Shown piece by piece: positions 34,771-43,880 of a DNA stretch of 46,423 nucleotides. Origin of the DNA: Chthonomonadaceae bacterium (GTDB lineage Bacteria > Armatimonadota > Chthonomonadetes > Chthonomonadales > Chthonomonadaceae); the NCBI GenBank assembly GCA_035650735.1, contig DASRGZ010000031.1:1-46423 (forward strand), given 5' to 3'. The notes under the pieces were generated by a model that did no database searches, was not told the DNA's origin, and saw nothing but the letters and a program-made list of their open reading frames with translations. The position numbers and the translations under genes are program-made. Numbering within the stretch: the stretch's first letter is position 1; each line of letters begins with the position of its first letter.

Positions 34771-37254
34771 ATGAGCCGCCCCACTTCCCATGAAATAGCG
34801 CCGCAGGCTGCCCTGCCGCCTGTAGAGATCGGGCCATTGTGTCAAGCTTTGCAAGTGCCCAAATCGGGGGACTTGCGGCCAGCCGTCCTCACGGGCGGAA
34901 CCCCTTGTCTAGGGATCTCTAGAGAGCCTAGGGGTCTTCCCCCGGCCCTTACCATCCTGCTCGGCCTGCTGGCCTTCCTGCTCGCCGGCTGCGGAGGCGG
35001 GCAGGACTTTGGCGGCCTTTCGCGCAACCTCAACGGCGACATCGGCAGCGGCTACGACACGCCGCTTTCCGGCCGATATCGCAGCGAAACTGGCCCGCAG
35101 ACCGGCGGCCTCACGCGCGGGACCTACCCGAAGATCGAAACCTCCTTTCAGTTGCCCAGCATTCCCGGCGACCCCTTTGATTATGAGCAGGTCAACGTTC
35201 AGGTCACGCTGCGCAAGCCGGACGGCGGCACGGTGGATGTTCCGGCCTTCTTTGACGGCGGCACGACCTGGCGCATGCGCTACACACCGACCGCGCCGGG
35301 CCGCTACGCCGTCGCGGCGGTCAAGCTCAATCGCACGGAGGCGCACGAGGAAAAGCTGGAGCCGAAGGAGTGGACGGTGGAGGGCGAGCCCCAGCCCGGC
35401 TTCGTCCGGATTGATCGGGGCGATCACAGCCGGTTCGTCTTTGACAATGGCGCGCGCTACTATCCTCTCGGTCACAACCAGGCATGGCATTCGGATAGCC
35501 TACCCGAAATCCCTGAACTCTTCCAGAAGATGCACGCGGCGGGCGAGAACTGGTCGCGCGTCTGGATGGATCACTGGGACGGCAAGAACCTGGACTGGCC
35601 TGCCAGCGGCAAGCCGGCCAAACTGGGGGACATAGACCTGCAAGCGGCCCACAAATGGGACGCCATCGTGGAGGCTGCCGAGAAGAACGGCATCTACTTC
35701 CAGATGACCCTCCAGCATCACGGCCAGTATTCCAGCCAGAAGGGATATCGCTACTCCAATAACAACAACGCCAACTGGGAAAGCAATCCCTACAACGTCA
35801 AAAACGGCGGATTCCTCCAGGCCCCGGAGGACTTCTTCACGAACCCACAGGCCCGCGCGCTGACCAAGCGCAAGCTCTACTATATCCTGGCGCGCTGGGG
35901 CTACTCTCCCAGCATCTTGGCCTGGGAACTGTTTAATGAGGTGGAAGGCACCGACGCGGGCAACGGCAAGCTCTGGCAGGATATCGCCATGTGGCACCGG
36001 GAGATGTCCCTGTTCCTGCGCCAGTACGACGGCTACCGTCACCTCATCACTACCAGCGCCTACCCCGGCCTGGCCCTGGATAACCCTGTCTGGGAGACAG
36101 TGGACTATATCCAGCAGCACGCCTATCCCACCGACCTGATCACGGCGCTCGGCGCGGCCAATCCCCTGGAAGGCAAGAAGCCGGATAAGCCGCTCTTCGT
36201 CGGCGAGTTCGGCCCGGCGAACCTGGACGACCCGGAGGGCCTCTATCTGCACCAGGGGCTGTGGGCCAGCCTGATGCGCGGGCCGTCAGGCGCGGCGCAG
36301 TACTGGGACTGGGTCACGGTGGAGAAGCATAACCTGTACGGGGAGTTCCAGGCGGTACGGGGCTTCCTGACAGCCTCCGGGCTGGCCAATCACGGTGGGC
36401 TGGTTTCGGCGCTGCCGCCGGTGGAAACTTCCGAGCGGGCCACGCTGCGCTTCGGGCCGGGCGGCGGCTGGGAACAGGCGGAACAGAGCGAGTTTGTGGT
36501 CGGCGCGAACGGCCCGCCTTCGGGCATGAGCCGTTATCCCGCGTTTCTGCAGGGCCGGGCGCACCGCTCCATGACGCCTAAGCCGCTTACCTTCCAGGTA
36601 AGCTATCCGCAGCCCGGCACGTTCACGGTTACGGCGGCGCGGGTCGCCCGTGCGGGAGCGCATCTGCGGGTCGCTGTGGACGGCAAAGTAGCCGAGCGGG
36701 ACTATCCTGCCGGCAATGCTGACTACACGCCGGAGGGGAGCCAGGCGGCTGTGCAGGTAGAGGTGCCTGCCGGCGCGCACACCGTTACGGTGGAGAACAC
36801 GGGCAACGATTGGGTGGTCATTCGCGACTTCGCGCTCTCCGGCTATGCGTCCGCGCTGGCGGCGCAGGCGCGCATCGGCAAGGACTTCGCGGCGGCGTGG
36901 GTCTACCATCGGGATAACATCAACGTGGCTCCGAGCAAAACCAGCGGGCTTAGCGCGGCGAACGGCAGGCTGCGCCTGATCGGGCTTCAGAAGGGCCGTT
37001 ACCGCGCGACCTGGTGGGACACGCAGGCCGGCAAGTCGCTGGACGCCGCCGATGTGACGGTCGCCGACGCCAAAGAGGGCGTCACGCTGGTGACGCCCTC
37101 CATCGTTCGCGACGCCGCGCTCTATGTCGTCAAGGCAGGCGGTCCGTCCTCCGGGTCGGCGGAGCGCAAGAGGCCGCGCCGGGAGAAGGCAGCCGTCAGC
37201 GCCGCCCCAGCCCCGCCTGCGGTCGGCACGTCTGTGTCCCGTCCAGTTCCCTGA
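34771..37254 (+). CDS. DUF5060-domain, GH5-like (clan GH-A) glycoside hydrolase lipoprotein
   Basis: Lipobox LAGC; DPFD..VPAFF..WRMRYTP; WELFNE acid/base; VGEFG nucleophile; start uncertain. Confidence 0.8.
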   Translation: MSRPTSHEIAPQAALPPVEIGPLCQALQVPKSGDLRPAVLTGGTPCLGISREPRGLPPALTILLGLLAFLLAGCGGGQDFGGLSRNLNGDIGSGYDTPLSGRYRSETGPQTGGLTRGTYPKIETSFQLPSIPGDPFDYEQVNVQVTLRKPDGGTVDVPAFFDGGTTWRMRYTPTAPGRYAVAAVKLNRTEAHEEKLEPKEWTVEGEPQPGFVRIDRGDHSRFVFDNGARYYPLGHNQAWHSDSLPEIPELFQKMHAAGENWSRVWMDHWDGKNLDWPASGKPAKLGDIDLQAAHKWDAIVEAAEKNGIYFQMTLQHHGQYSSQKGYRYSNNNNANWESNPYNVKNGGFLQAPEDFFTNPQARALTKRKLYYILARWGYSPSILAWELFNEVEGTDAGNGKLWQDIAMWHREMSLFLRQYDGYRHLITTSAYPGLALDNPVWETVDYIQQHAYPTDLITALGAANPLEGKKPDKPLFVGEFGPANLDDPEGLYLHQGLWASLMRGPSGAAQYWDWVTVEKHNLYGEFQAVRGFLTASGLANHGGLVSALPPVETSERATLRFGPGGGWEQAEQSEFVVGANGPPSGMSRYPAFLQGRAHRSMTPKPLTFQVSYPQPGTFTVTAARVARAGAHLRVAVDGKVAERDYPAGNADYTPEGSQAAVQVEVPAGAHTVTVENTGNDWVVIRDFALSGYASALAAQARIGKDFAAAWVYHRDNINVAPSKTSGLSAANGRLRLIGLQKGRYRATWWDTQAGKSLDAADVTVADAKEGVTLVTPSIVRDAALYVVKAGGPSSGSAERKRPRREKAAVSAAPAPPAVGTSVSRPVP

Positions 37255-37263
37255 TACCCAATT

Positions 37264-38289
37264 TTAGCGCAGCGGCAGGGTTTGGGTCTGGCCGGTGTCG
37301 GCGGCGCGCAGGCCCGCTTCCAGTATCTCCTGGGCGTCCCGGCTGACCCTGGGCGAGCAGAAGCCCTCCACCGGCTTGCCGTTCTCCAGGCAATAGAGAA
37401 GGTATTCCGGCGCGCTGCGGAGGGGATACTGCGTATCCGGCGGGGTAAGCGCCTCTTCCGCTTTTCTGGGCCGCTGGATCAGCACCTTCCCATGATGAAG
37501 GCCGATGGAACCCTCGCTGCCGTAGATGACCGGGTTGGTGCCGGCATAGCCGACGGGCTGGGTCCAGCTCGCCTCGCAGACGCCGAACGCATGGGGGTAC
37601 TTGGCGATGATGATGGCGTTGTCATCGGAGGCGGCATAGAGCGGCTCGTCGCCGAAATAGCCCCGCATCCCGGTGACCGACTGTGGCAGACCGAGCAGCC
37701 TGGCTGCCAGGTCGGCGGCATAGCAGCAGTAATCCATGAGCGCGCCCGCGCCATTGATCTCCGGGGTCGTCAGGTCGCGGATAAAGCTGGGGTGGCAGCC
37801 GATGGCGACCGGTCCCGAATGGGCGCTGCGATAGCGGGTATAGCGTATCTCGCCAATGTCGCCGGCCAGCGCGCGCCGCTCCATCTCCTGCCACGCTGGC
37901 GACCAGGCCGTGGGCCAGTTGATCAGGAGCAGCGTTCCCGCCTTTTCCGCCGCCGCCAGCATCCGCTCCGCCTGCGCCAGCGTGGCCGCCATCGGCTTTT
38001 CGCTGACCACATGCAGGCCCTTTGCCGCTGCCGCCTCCACAATATCCGCGCCCTCGCTGTTGCCGCCCGCCGCCTGGATCAGATCCAGCTCCTCGTTGGC
38101 GATCATCTCCTGCCAGGAGTTATAGAGGCGGGTGACCCCGTATTCCGATCTTAATTTGTCCAGCAGTTCCGGCTCGTCGTCTCCACCGGCCAGGATCTCG
38201 ACGTTGCCGAGCTGCTGCCAGCGTTTCAGTTCTCCCCAGACATGATCGTGCGACATGGCCGCCACGCCTAGCCGATACGTCTTTGCCAA
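37264..38289 (-). CDS. Gfo/Idh/MocA family oxidoreductase
   Basis: GAGGAGG RBS plus TTG 38289; HVVSEKPMA, GAGALMDYCCY, DDNA. Confidence 0.88.
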   Translation of the reverse strand: MAKTYRLGVAAMSHDHVWGELKRWQQLGNVEILAGGDDEPELLDKLRSEYGVTRLYNSWQEMIANEELDLIQAAGGNSEGADIVEAAAAKGLHVVSEKPMAATLAQAERMLAAAEKAGTLLLINWPTAWSPAWQEMERRALAGDIGEIRYTRYRSAHSGPVAIGCHPSFIRDLTTPEINGAGALMDYCCYAADLAARLLGLPQSVTGMRGYFGDEPLYAASDDNAIIIAKYPHAFGVCEASWTQPVGYAGTNPVIYGSEGSIGLHHGKVLIQRPRKAEEALTPPDTQYPLRSAPEYLLYCLENGKPVEGFCSPRVSRDAQEILEAGLRAADTGQTQTLPLR

Positions 38290-38542
38290 TGTGCGCCTCC
38301 TCGGTTCTTTAGTAATAAGGTATCCTCCCAGGAGTTCGGCATCCGGGCAACATTCTCCTGCGCTGGGCGGATGTCCCCTTTGCCTCCGCTTTGCAGGAAT
38401 ATGTCGCGTCCGCACCGAAATAGCGGCTAACCCCATCCTGAAGCCAGTGTAGCGCCGCCTGGGGGCGCAAAGGCAAGCAGGTTTCCCCACCAGGCCGATT
38501 CGTCCGTGTGCGGCGCATTGTCTCCAAAGGAGGATTGATACC

Positions 38543-39664
38543 ATGCCAGCCGTTGAGGGCCGCGCGGCCCTGCTCAATGAACCGGGCACCCCGGTTGCCG
38601 TCGAAGAGATCGTCGTGGACCCGCCGGGGCCAGGCGAAGTGCTGGTGCGTGTGGTGGCCAGCGGCGTCTGCCACACGGATCTGACCATCAAGAACCAGAA
38701 TGGCGGCGGGATGCCGTTCCCCATCGTGCTAGGGCATGAGGGGGCCGGCTATGTGGAGCAAGTTGGGGAGGGAGTCAAGAACCTGGCGCCCGGCGATCCG
38801 GTTGTGATGGCCTATCGCGCTCCCTGTGAGCAGTGCCCCGCCTGTCTCCGGGGCGATCCCCGCCACTGCTATATGGCGCTGCGGCCCCAGCCGCGCATCC
38901 ACCGCAAGCGCGACGGCGCGATCTGCTCCCAGGTGCTCCGCTGCGGCACCTTCAGCACGCACACGGTCGTACACAGCAAGGCCGCCATCAAGATGCCGCA
39001 AGAGATGCCCCTGGATAAAGCGTGCCTCATCGCCTGCGGCGTCATCACCGGCGTGGGCGCGACCTTCAATACCACCCAGGTCTGGCCGGGCGCGCGTGTG
39101 GCCGTCATCGGCTGTGGCGGCGTGGGCCTGAGCGTCATCCAGGGCGCCAGGCTGGCCAACGCCCGCCAGATCATCGCCGTAGACGTCAATCCGGTCAAGC
39201 TTCAATGGGCCAAAGACTACGGCGCGACCCATCTGGTCAACGCCAAGGAGACCGATCCGGTGGCGGAGGTGCGCAAGCTCACCGACGACGGCTGGGATGG
39301 CGGCGTGGAGTTTGCCTATGAGGCGACCGGCATTCCAGCCTGTATTGACCAAGCGGTACGCATGCTCGCCTATAACGGCACGGCGACCACCATCGGGTTC
39401 CCCGCCCCCGACGCCAGCGTCACCCTCAACCTGGGCGACATGGCCACCGGCGTCTATTGGAACAAGGCCGGCCTGCGCGTCTGCCACGCCGGGGACACGC
39501 TGCCCTCGCACGATTTCCCGCTGCTGGCCCAGCTCTATCTGCAAGGCAAGCTCAACCTCGACGGCATGGTTACGCGTGAGATCGGCCTGAACGATGTGGA
39601 AGATGCCTTCCACGAGATGGAGACCGGCAACGTCATCCGCTCGGTCATTCGCCTGCCGCAGTGA
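38543..39664 (+). CDS. Zn-dependent alcohol dehydrogenase (class III / mycothiol-dependent formaldehyde dehydrogenase-like)
   Basis: GVCHTD, LGHEGAG, CEQCPAC..C structural zinc, ACGV.TG, GCGGVG. Confidence 0.92.
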   Translation: MPAVEGRAALLNEPGTPVAVEEIVVDPPGPGEVLVRVVASGVCHTDLTIKNQNGGGMPFPIVLGHEGAGYVEQVGEGVKNLAPGDPVVMAYRAPCEQCPACLRGDPRHCYMALRPQPRIHRKRDGAICSQVLRCGTFSTHTVVHSKAAIKMPQEMPLDKACLIACGVITGVGATFNTTQVWPGARVAVIGCGGVGLSVIQGARLANARQIIAVDVNPVKLQWAKDYGATHLVNAKETDPVAEVRKLTDDGWDGGVEFAYEATGIPACIDQAVRMLAYNGTATTIGFPAPDASVTLNLGDMATGVYWNKAGLRVCHAGDTLPSHDFPLLAQLYLQGKLNLDGMVTREIGLNDVEDAFHEMETGNVIRSVIRLPQ

Positions 39665-39699
39665 CGGCCCGGCCTGGCTTCTCGGTTCCCCCGTAGTTG

Positions 39700-39835
39700 A
39701 CCTAACCCTCCGGCCCCCTTCCCTAAATGCGCTCACTGCGTTCGCAGGGAAGGGGGGACCCGGCTTCCCCGTTCCCCTCTCGCAGCGTGGGAGAGGGGAC
39801 AGGGATGAAGTCTGCTCCTCTCCCCTCTCCTTAAC
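39700..39835. repeat. REP family C element
   Basis: CCTAACCCTCCGGCCCCCTTCCCT..AGGGAAGGGGG..CCCCTCTCGCAGCGTGGGAGAGGGG. Confidence 0.75.
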
Positions 39836-40044
39836 CTGTTTCCGACGGCGGCGCCAGGGCTAAACCTACAGCTTGCTCTATCGGCATGGCTCTGCCTTCC
39901 TATGGATCCCCATCTGATTTTGAGACAGTCCAAGTGTATCCTCGATGTCATCTCGTAATCGCTGGCGGCGCTGGCAATAAGCTCCAAGACGGATTTCGAG
40001 ACTGCCACTCCGTTCTGATTGCCAGACCGATAGAACTCACGCCG

Positions 40045-40326
40045 GGAAGGATGTATGACTTGGGCACGCTGGGCGGTACGCAGAGCGCAGCCTATGGCAT
40101 GAATAACCTCGGCCAAGTGGTCGGTACTGCCGCTGACCGGAATTCCGAGTTGAATTTAGCCTTTCTCTGGCAGGACGGGAAGATGATAGCCCTGAACAGG
40201 AGGCTTATCCAGAAATCCGGCTGGAAACTATGGGAAGCATGGAAGATCAACGATAGCGGGCAGATATTCGGTTCTGGCGAGCTTAACAATAGCCAGCGTC
40301 CCTTCCTGCTCACTCCTGTCCCGTAG
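40045..40326 (+). pseudogene. C-terminal remnant of an extracellular HAF-repeat protein
   Basis: GRMYDLGTLGGTQSAAYGMNNLGQVVG..AFLWQDGKM..INDSGQI..FLLTP; no signal peptide or upstream repeats. Confidence 0.7.
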
Positions 40327-40427
40327 CAGGCAGTTCCTCCAAACCTGCCGACAATCAGAACCTCCTAAACGCAAGGGCGACCCTACATCCTACTCCCTAC
40401 GCGAGAGGCCAGAGGTGAGGGGCTGTC

Positions 40428-42068
40428 CTAATCGGCCAGCCATTGCGCCAACAGTTGGGTAAGAAGGGCATGGTTGGCGCTGGGCCGCAGGCGGAGCGCG
40501 CCGACGCCCGCCGTTCCGAACGGCTGCTGCGGCGTGCTCGCAGGATAGGCGACGATAGGCGGACCCTCTTCCGGCAGGCCCGGAAACAGGCACCAGGCGC
40601 TATCCACGACGGGCCGGCCCTCGCCCACAATCGCATCCCGATACGTATGCATCTTATCCACATCCTCCAGCAGCGCCGTGCTCTGGCGGATAATGGCATC
40701 TTCCGCGCCCGGATGCTTGCCCGGATCTGCCTGGGCGGCAAGGGGCAGAGCATAGGTGCGGAATTTGGCGTCCAGCAGGGAGAGGCGCCCCCGCCAGCGC
40801 AGCGCGATATCGGGCTGCATGGCGTGCGAGAGGGAAGCGAAGCGCGGCTCGATGCCCGTGCGCCGCAGGGAATCGGCTTCCGGGGCTTCCGGGCGGGCGC
40901 GGCGCGCGCTCTGGTTGGCGCTGGGGAAGAGCGGCTGATAGAAGAGCTCCAGCGCTTCCGGCTCGGACGCCGCCCTCGGACCCGTGTCAGAAACGGGGCC
41001 GTTGCGGCGGGCAGCGCCATTGCGCGCGAAGCGCAGGCGGGAGGCGCCTCCGACGGCAAGCGCCAGGCGCAACCCATCTGGCTCCCAGCGCACCACATTC
41101 CCGCCGATAGCGCGCCAGCCGTTTGTCTGCAGGGCTGCCGCCACGCGCAGGTAGCACCAGATCTCGTAGAGGCGCCAGGGCTCCAGGGAGGGCAGGCAGA
41201 GCAACGGGCTGCCCGCCCAATCGAAGCGGAGCGGCAGATTCAGTTGACGCCACAGGCCGAAGAGAGCGCGATAGGGAGGCGCGCTGCGGATCGCGTGCGC
41301 GGCCAGAAGACGGAGAGGCCGCTCCCGTGGGGCGAGCGGCGGCAAGTTACAAAGGCAGGCGTTGGCCCGCCAGCGGGCAGCCGCCTCGGCGATGCGCCGC
41401 ATACGCGCGGCCTCCTCCGCCTCGCCGCAGAAGGCTGCCAACGCGGCGAGCGCTGCCGCCTCCCAGACCAGCCCGTCCAGCAGGGTCACAGCCAAACGGT
41501 TGGCGTAGGTCTCGGTTGTGGGGTGGGGACGCATTTCCGACAGGCAGCGCGGCTGCCGGCGCCGGGCGCTATCGTTCGGGAGAGGCTTGGCAACCATCGC
41601 CCAGGCGGCAAGCCCGGCGGGCGTGGTTGCAAGGCGTGTGGCGACCGCAGGCCCACCGCGCGATTGGGCCAGCGGAACGGACTGTGCGGTGACGCACAGG
41701 GCGCTATCGGGCCGACGGGTGAGCGCACCCAGCGCCGCCTGAATCTGCGGCCAGAGGGCCTCCAGGAGTCGCAAGCGCTCCAGAGGCGATGTGATTTCCG
41801 GCGTGAGGCTGCCGAGGCTGAGGGACAGGGAATAGGGGGGAGCAGAAGCGATCTCCCGACCGAGCGCCAGGCCGATAAGGGCAATATCCTCCAGCAGCGC
41901 GCGCCGCTCGGCAGGAGACAGGTGCGCTGCGCCGTCGGAAGTGTCGGATAGGGGTCCGGCAGGCGCAGACGTAGCGGCGTGTTTCGGCAGCGTCTCCGCC
42001 GTCGGTGCGTGCCGCAGCGAGGCGGGCCATGACGCCTGGGTTAAGGTATGTGGCGGAGGGAAGCGCAT
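40428..42068 (-). CDS. DUF2357 / PD-(D/E)XK McrC-like nuclease
   Basis: TYANR, PPYR, RLYEIWC, QPDI..LLDAKFR, DVDKMHTYRDAI. Confidence 0.8.
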   Translation of the reverse strand: MRFPPPHTLTQASWPASLRHAPTAETLPKHAATSAPAGPLSDTSDGAAHLSPAERRALLEDIALIGLALGREIASAPPYSLSLSLGSLTPEITSPLERLRLLEALWPQIQAALGALTRRPDSALCVTAQSVPLAQSRGGPAVATRLATTPAGLAAWAMVAKPLPNDSARRRQPRCLSEMRPHPTTETYANRLAVTLLDGLVWEAAALAALAAFCGEAEEAARMRRIAEAAARWRANACLCNLPPLAPRERPLRLLAAHAIRSAPPYRALFGLWRQLNLPLRFDWAGSPLLCLPSLEPWRLYEIWCYLRVAAALQTNGWRAIGGNVVRWEPDGLRLALAVGGASRLRFARNGAARRNGPVSDTGPRAASEPEALELFYQPLFPSANQSARRARPEAPEADSLRRTGIEPRFASLSHAMQPDIALRWRGRLSLLDAKFRTYALPLAAQADPGKHPGAEDAIIRQSTALLEDVDKMHTYRDAIVGEGRPVVDSAWCLFPGLPEEGPPIVAYPASTPQQPFGTAGVGALRLRPSANHALLTQLLAQWLAD

Positions 42069-42178
42069 CCGACAGACTCCCTGCGATAGGTCAGACCGCT
42101 ATTCCACGTTCGCGCCTGGAACTCCTCCCCTTCTCCTGAACAGGCAGCACTGTCTGCCAAAAAAACGGTCATACCCCG

Positions 42179-42207
42179 TTGACTTTTTTGCGGATATGAA
42201 GTACACT
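42179..42207 (+). promoter_or_regulatory. sigma70 promoter of the str operon
   Basis: TTGACT-17 nt-TACACT. Confidence 0.8.
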
Positions 42208-42362
42208 ATCAAGGTTTTGCGATAAGGATCCTTGTGTGTGCCGGAACCTACCGGCCCGACAGGCGAATGCTAACACGTACGAGGAGGCGGCCACGAAAGG
42301 CAGTTGACCTTTCACCAGGTTTTGCTGAGGGAACCTTTCCACTTCTGACCCATTACCTGCCC

Positions 42363-42392
42363 GCCCCTTCGCCGTGTCCGAGGGGCTTTTTT
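42363..42392 (+). terminator. Intrinsic terminator within the rpsL leader
   Basis: GCCCC(T)TCG-loop-CGAGGGGC followed by TTTTTT. Confidence 0.65.
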
Positions 42393-42631
42393 GATGCCTC
42401 TTTCTGTCGCCCTGTCTTGGGCGATAGGGTTCTGGCCAGGGGTTCTGCCGCATACAGAAGCGCCCGCGTCGCTGCCGCGATGGGGCCTGCTCCTGTGTAC
42501 GCTTTCTATTTTGGGGTGTCGGAGGGCCTGGCTCTGTCCAGGCAAAATCGGTTGTTTTCCAGGGCGTCGGCCTCAGGGCGGCGCCTGCCGCGCGCTAAGA
42601 CGCGGCCATCCTCAGGAGGAGTCGGCAAAGT

Positions 42632-43003
<372 letters not shown>

Positions 43004-43046
43004 TTTGCTGCTTAGAGTCCCTAACACAACTTGGCTGTAAGGCCCA

Positions 43047-43086
43047 ACCCTCACCCCCGGCCCTCTCCCTGCTAGGGAGAGGGAGA
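43047..43086. repeat. REP family C unit in the rpsL-rpsG spacer
   Basis: CCCTCACCCCCGGCCCTCTCCCTGCTAGGGAGAGGG. Confidence 0.8.
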
Positions 43087-43217
43087 ACGGTTGTGTGAGA
43101 CGCTCTTAGCGCGCCCGCCCAGAAGGGCAGGCTCAGATCGAAATAAAGGCCGAAACCAGCCCCGCAGGCGGCTGCCCGGTTCGGGTGGCCTGGAGGCTGG
43201 TTAGGAGAGGACCGAAT

Positions 43218-43688
43218 ATGCCGAGAAAAGGCCCCGTTCGTCCGCGACCGATTGCGCCGGATCCCGTATATAACAGCATCCTGGCCCAACGGTTCATCAA
43301 TCGCCTGATGGTAGATGGAAAGAAAGGCGTCGCCGAACGTATCTTTTATACGGCGATGGAGCAGATGGAGAACCGCGCCAAGCGGCCCGCCCTGGAAATC
43401 TTCGAGCAGGCGGTGCGGAATGTGATGCCGGTCATCGAAGTGCGCCCGCGCCGCGTCGGCGGTTCCACCTACCAGGTGCCGGTGGAAGTGCGCCCTGACC
43501 GCAAAGTGTCTCTGGCGCTGCGCTGGATTATCACCAACTCCCGCAAGCGCGCCGGACGCTCTATGGCCGACAAATTGAGCGGCGAGCTTCTGGATGCTTC
43601 CAATAATACGGGCGCATCCGTCAAACGCAAAGAAGAGGTCCACCGCATGGCCGACGCCAACAAGGCGTTCGCCCATTATCGGTGGTAA
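43218..43688 (+). CDS. rpsG: 30S ribosomal protein S7
   Basis: MPRKG..RRVGGSTYQVP..HRMADANKAFAHYRW. Confidence 0.99.
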   Translation: MPRKGPVRPRPIAPDPVYNSILAQRFINRLMVDGKKGVAERIFYTAMEQMENRAKRPALEIFEQAVRNVMPVIEVRPRRVGGSTYQVPVEVRPDRKVSLALRWIITNSRKRAGRSMADKLSGELLDASNNTGASVKRKEEVHRMADANKAFAHYRW

Positions 43689-43880
43689 GGCAGTCGCCGG
43701 AAGGTGAACACCCACGATTGGGGTGGGTCGTCACGGCGACCGCCCCCATCGTAACAGCAAGGAAGCGGGAAGGGGCAGCAGACAGCAGCGCGCAGGGAGT
43801 GGGCAAAAGCCCATTTCCTATGGTCTGCTGCCGCTCCTCTTCCCTGAACTCATCCCTTTCCGGAGGCATATAAGAGCACG

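Noticed and set aside
42214..42392. 6S RNA or T-box
   Set aside because: No long 5'/3' closing helix with central bubble and no T-box consensus
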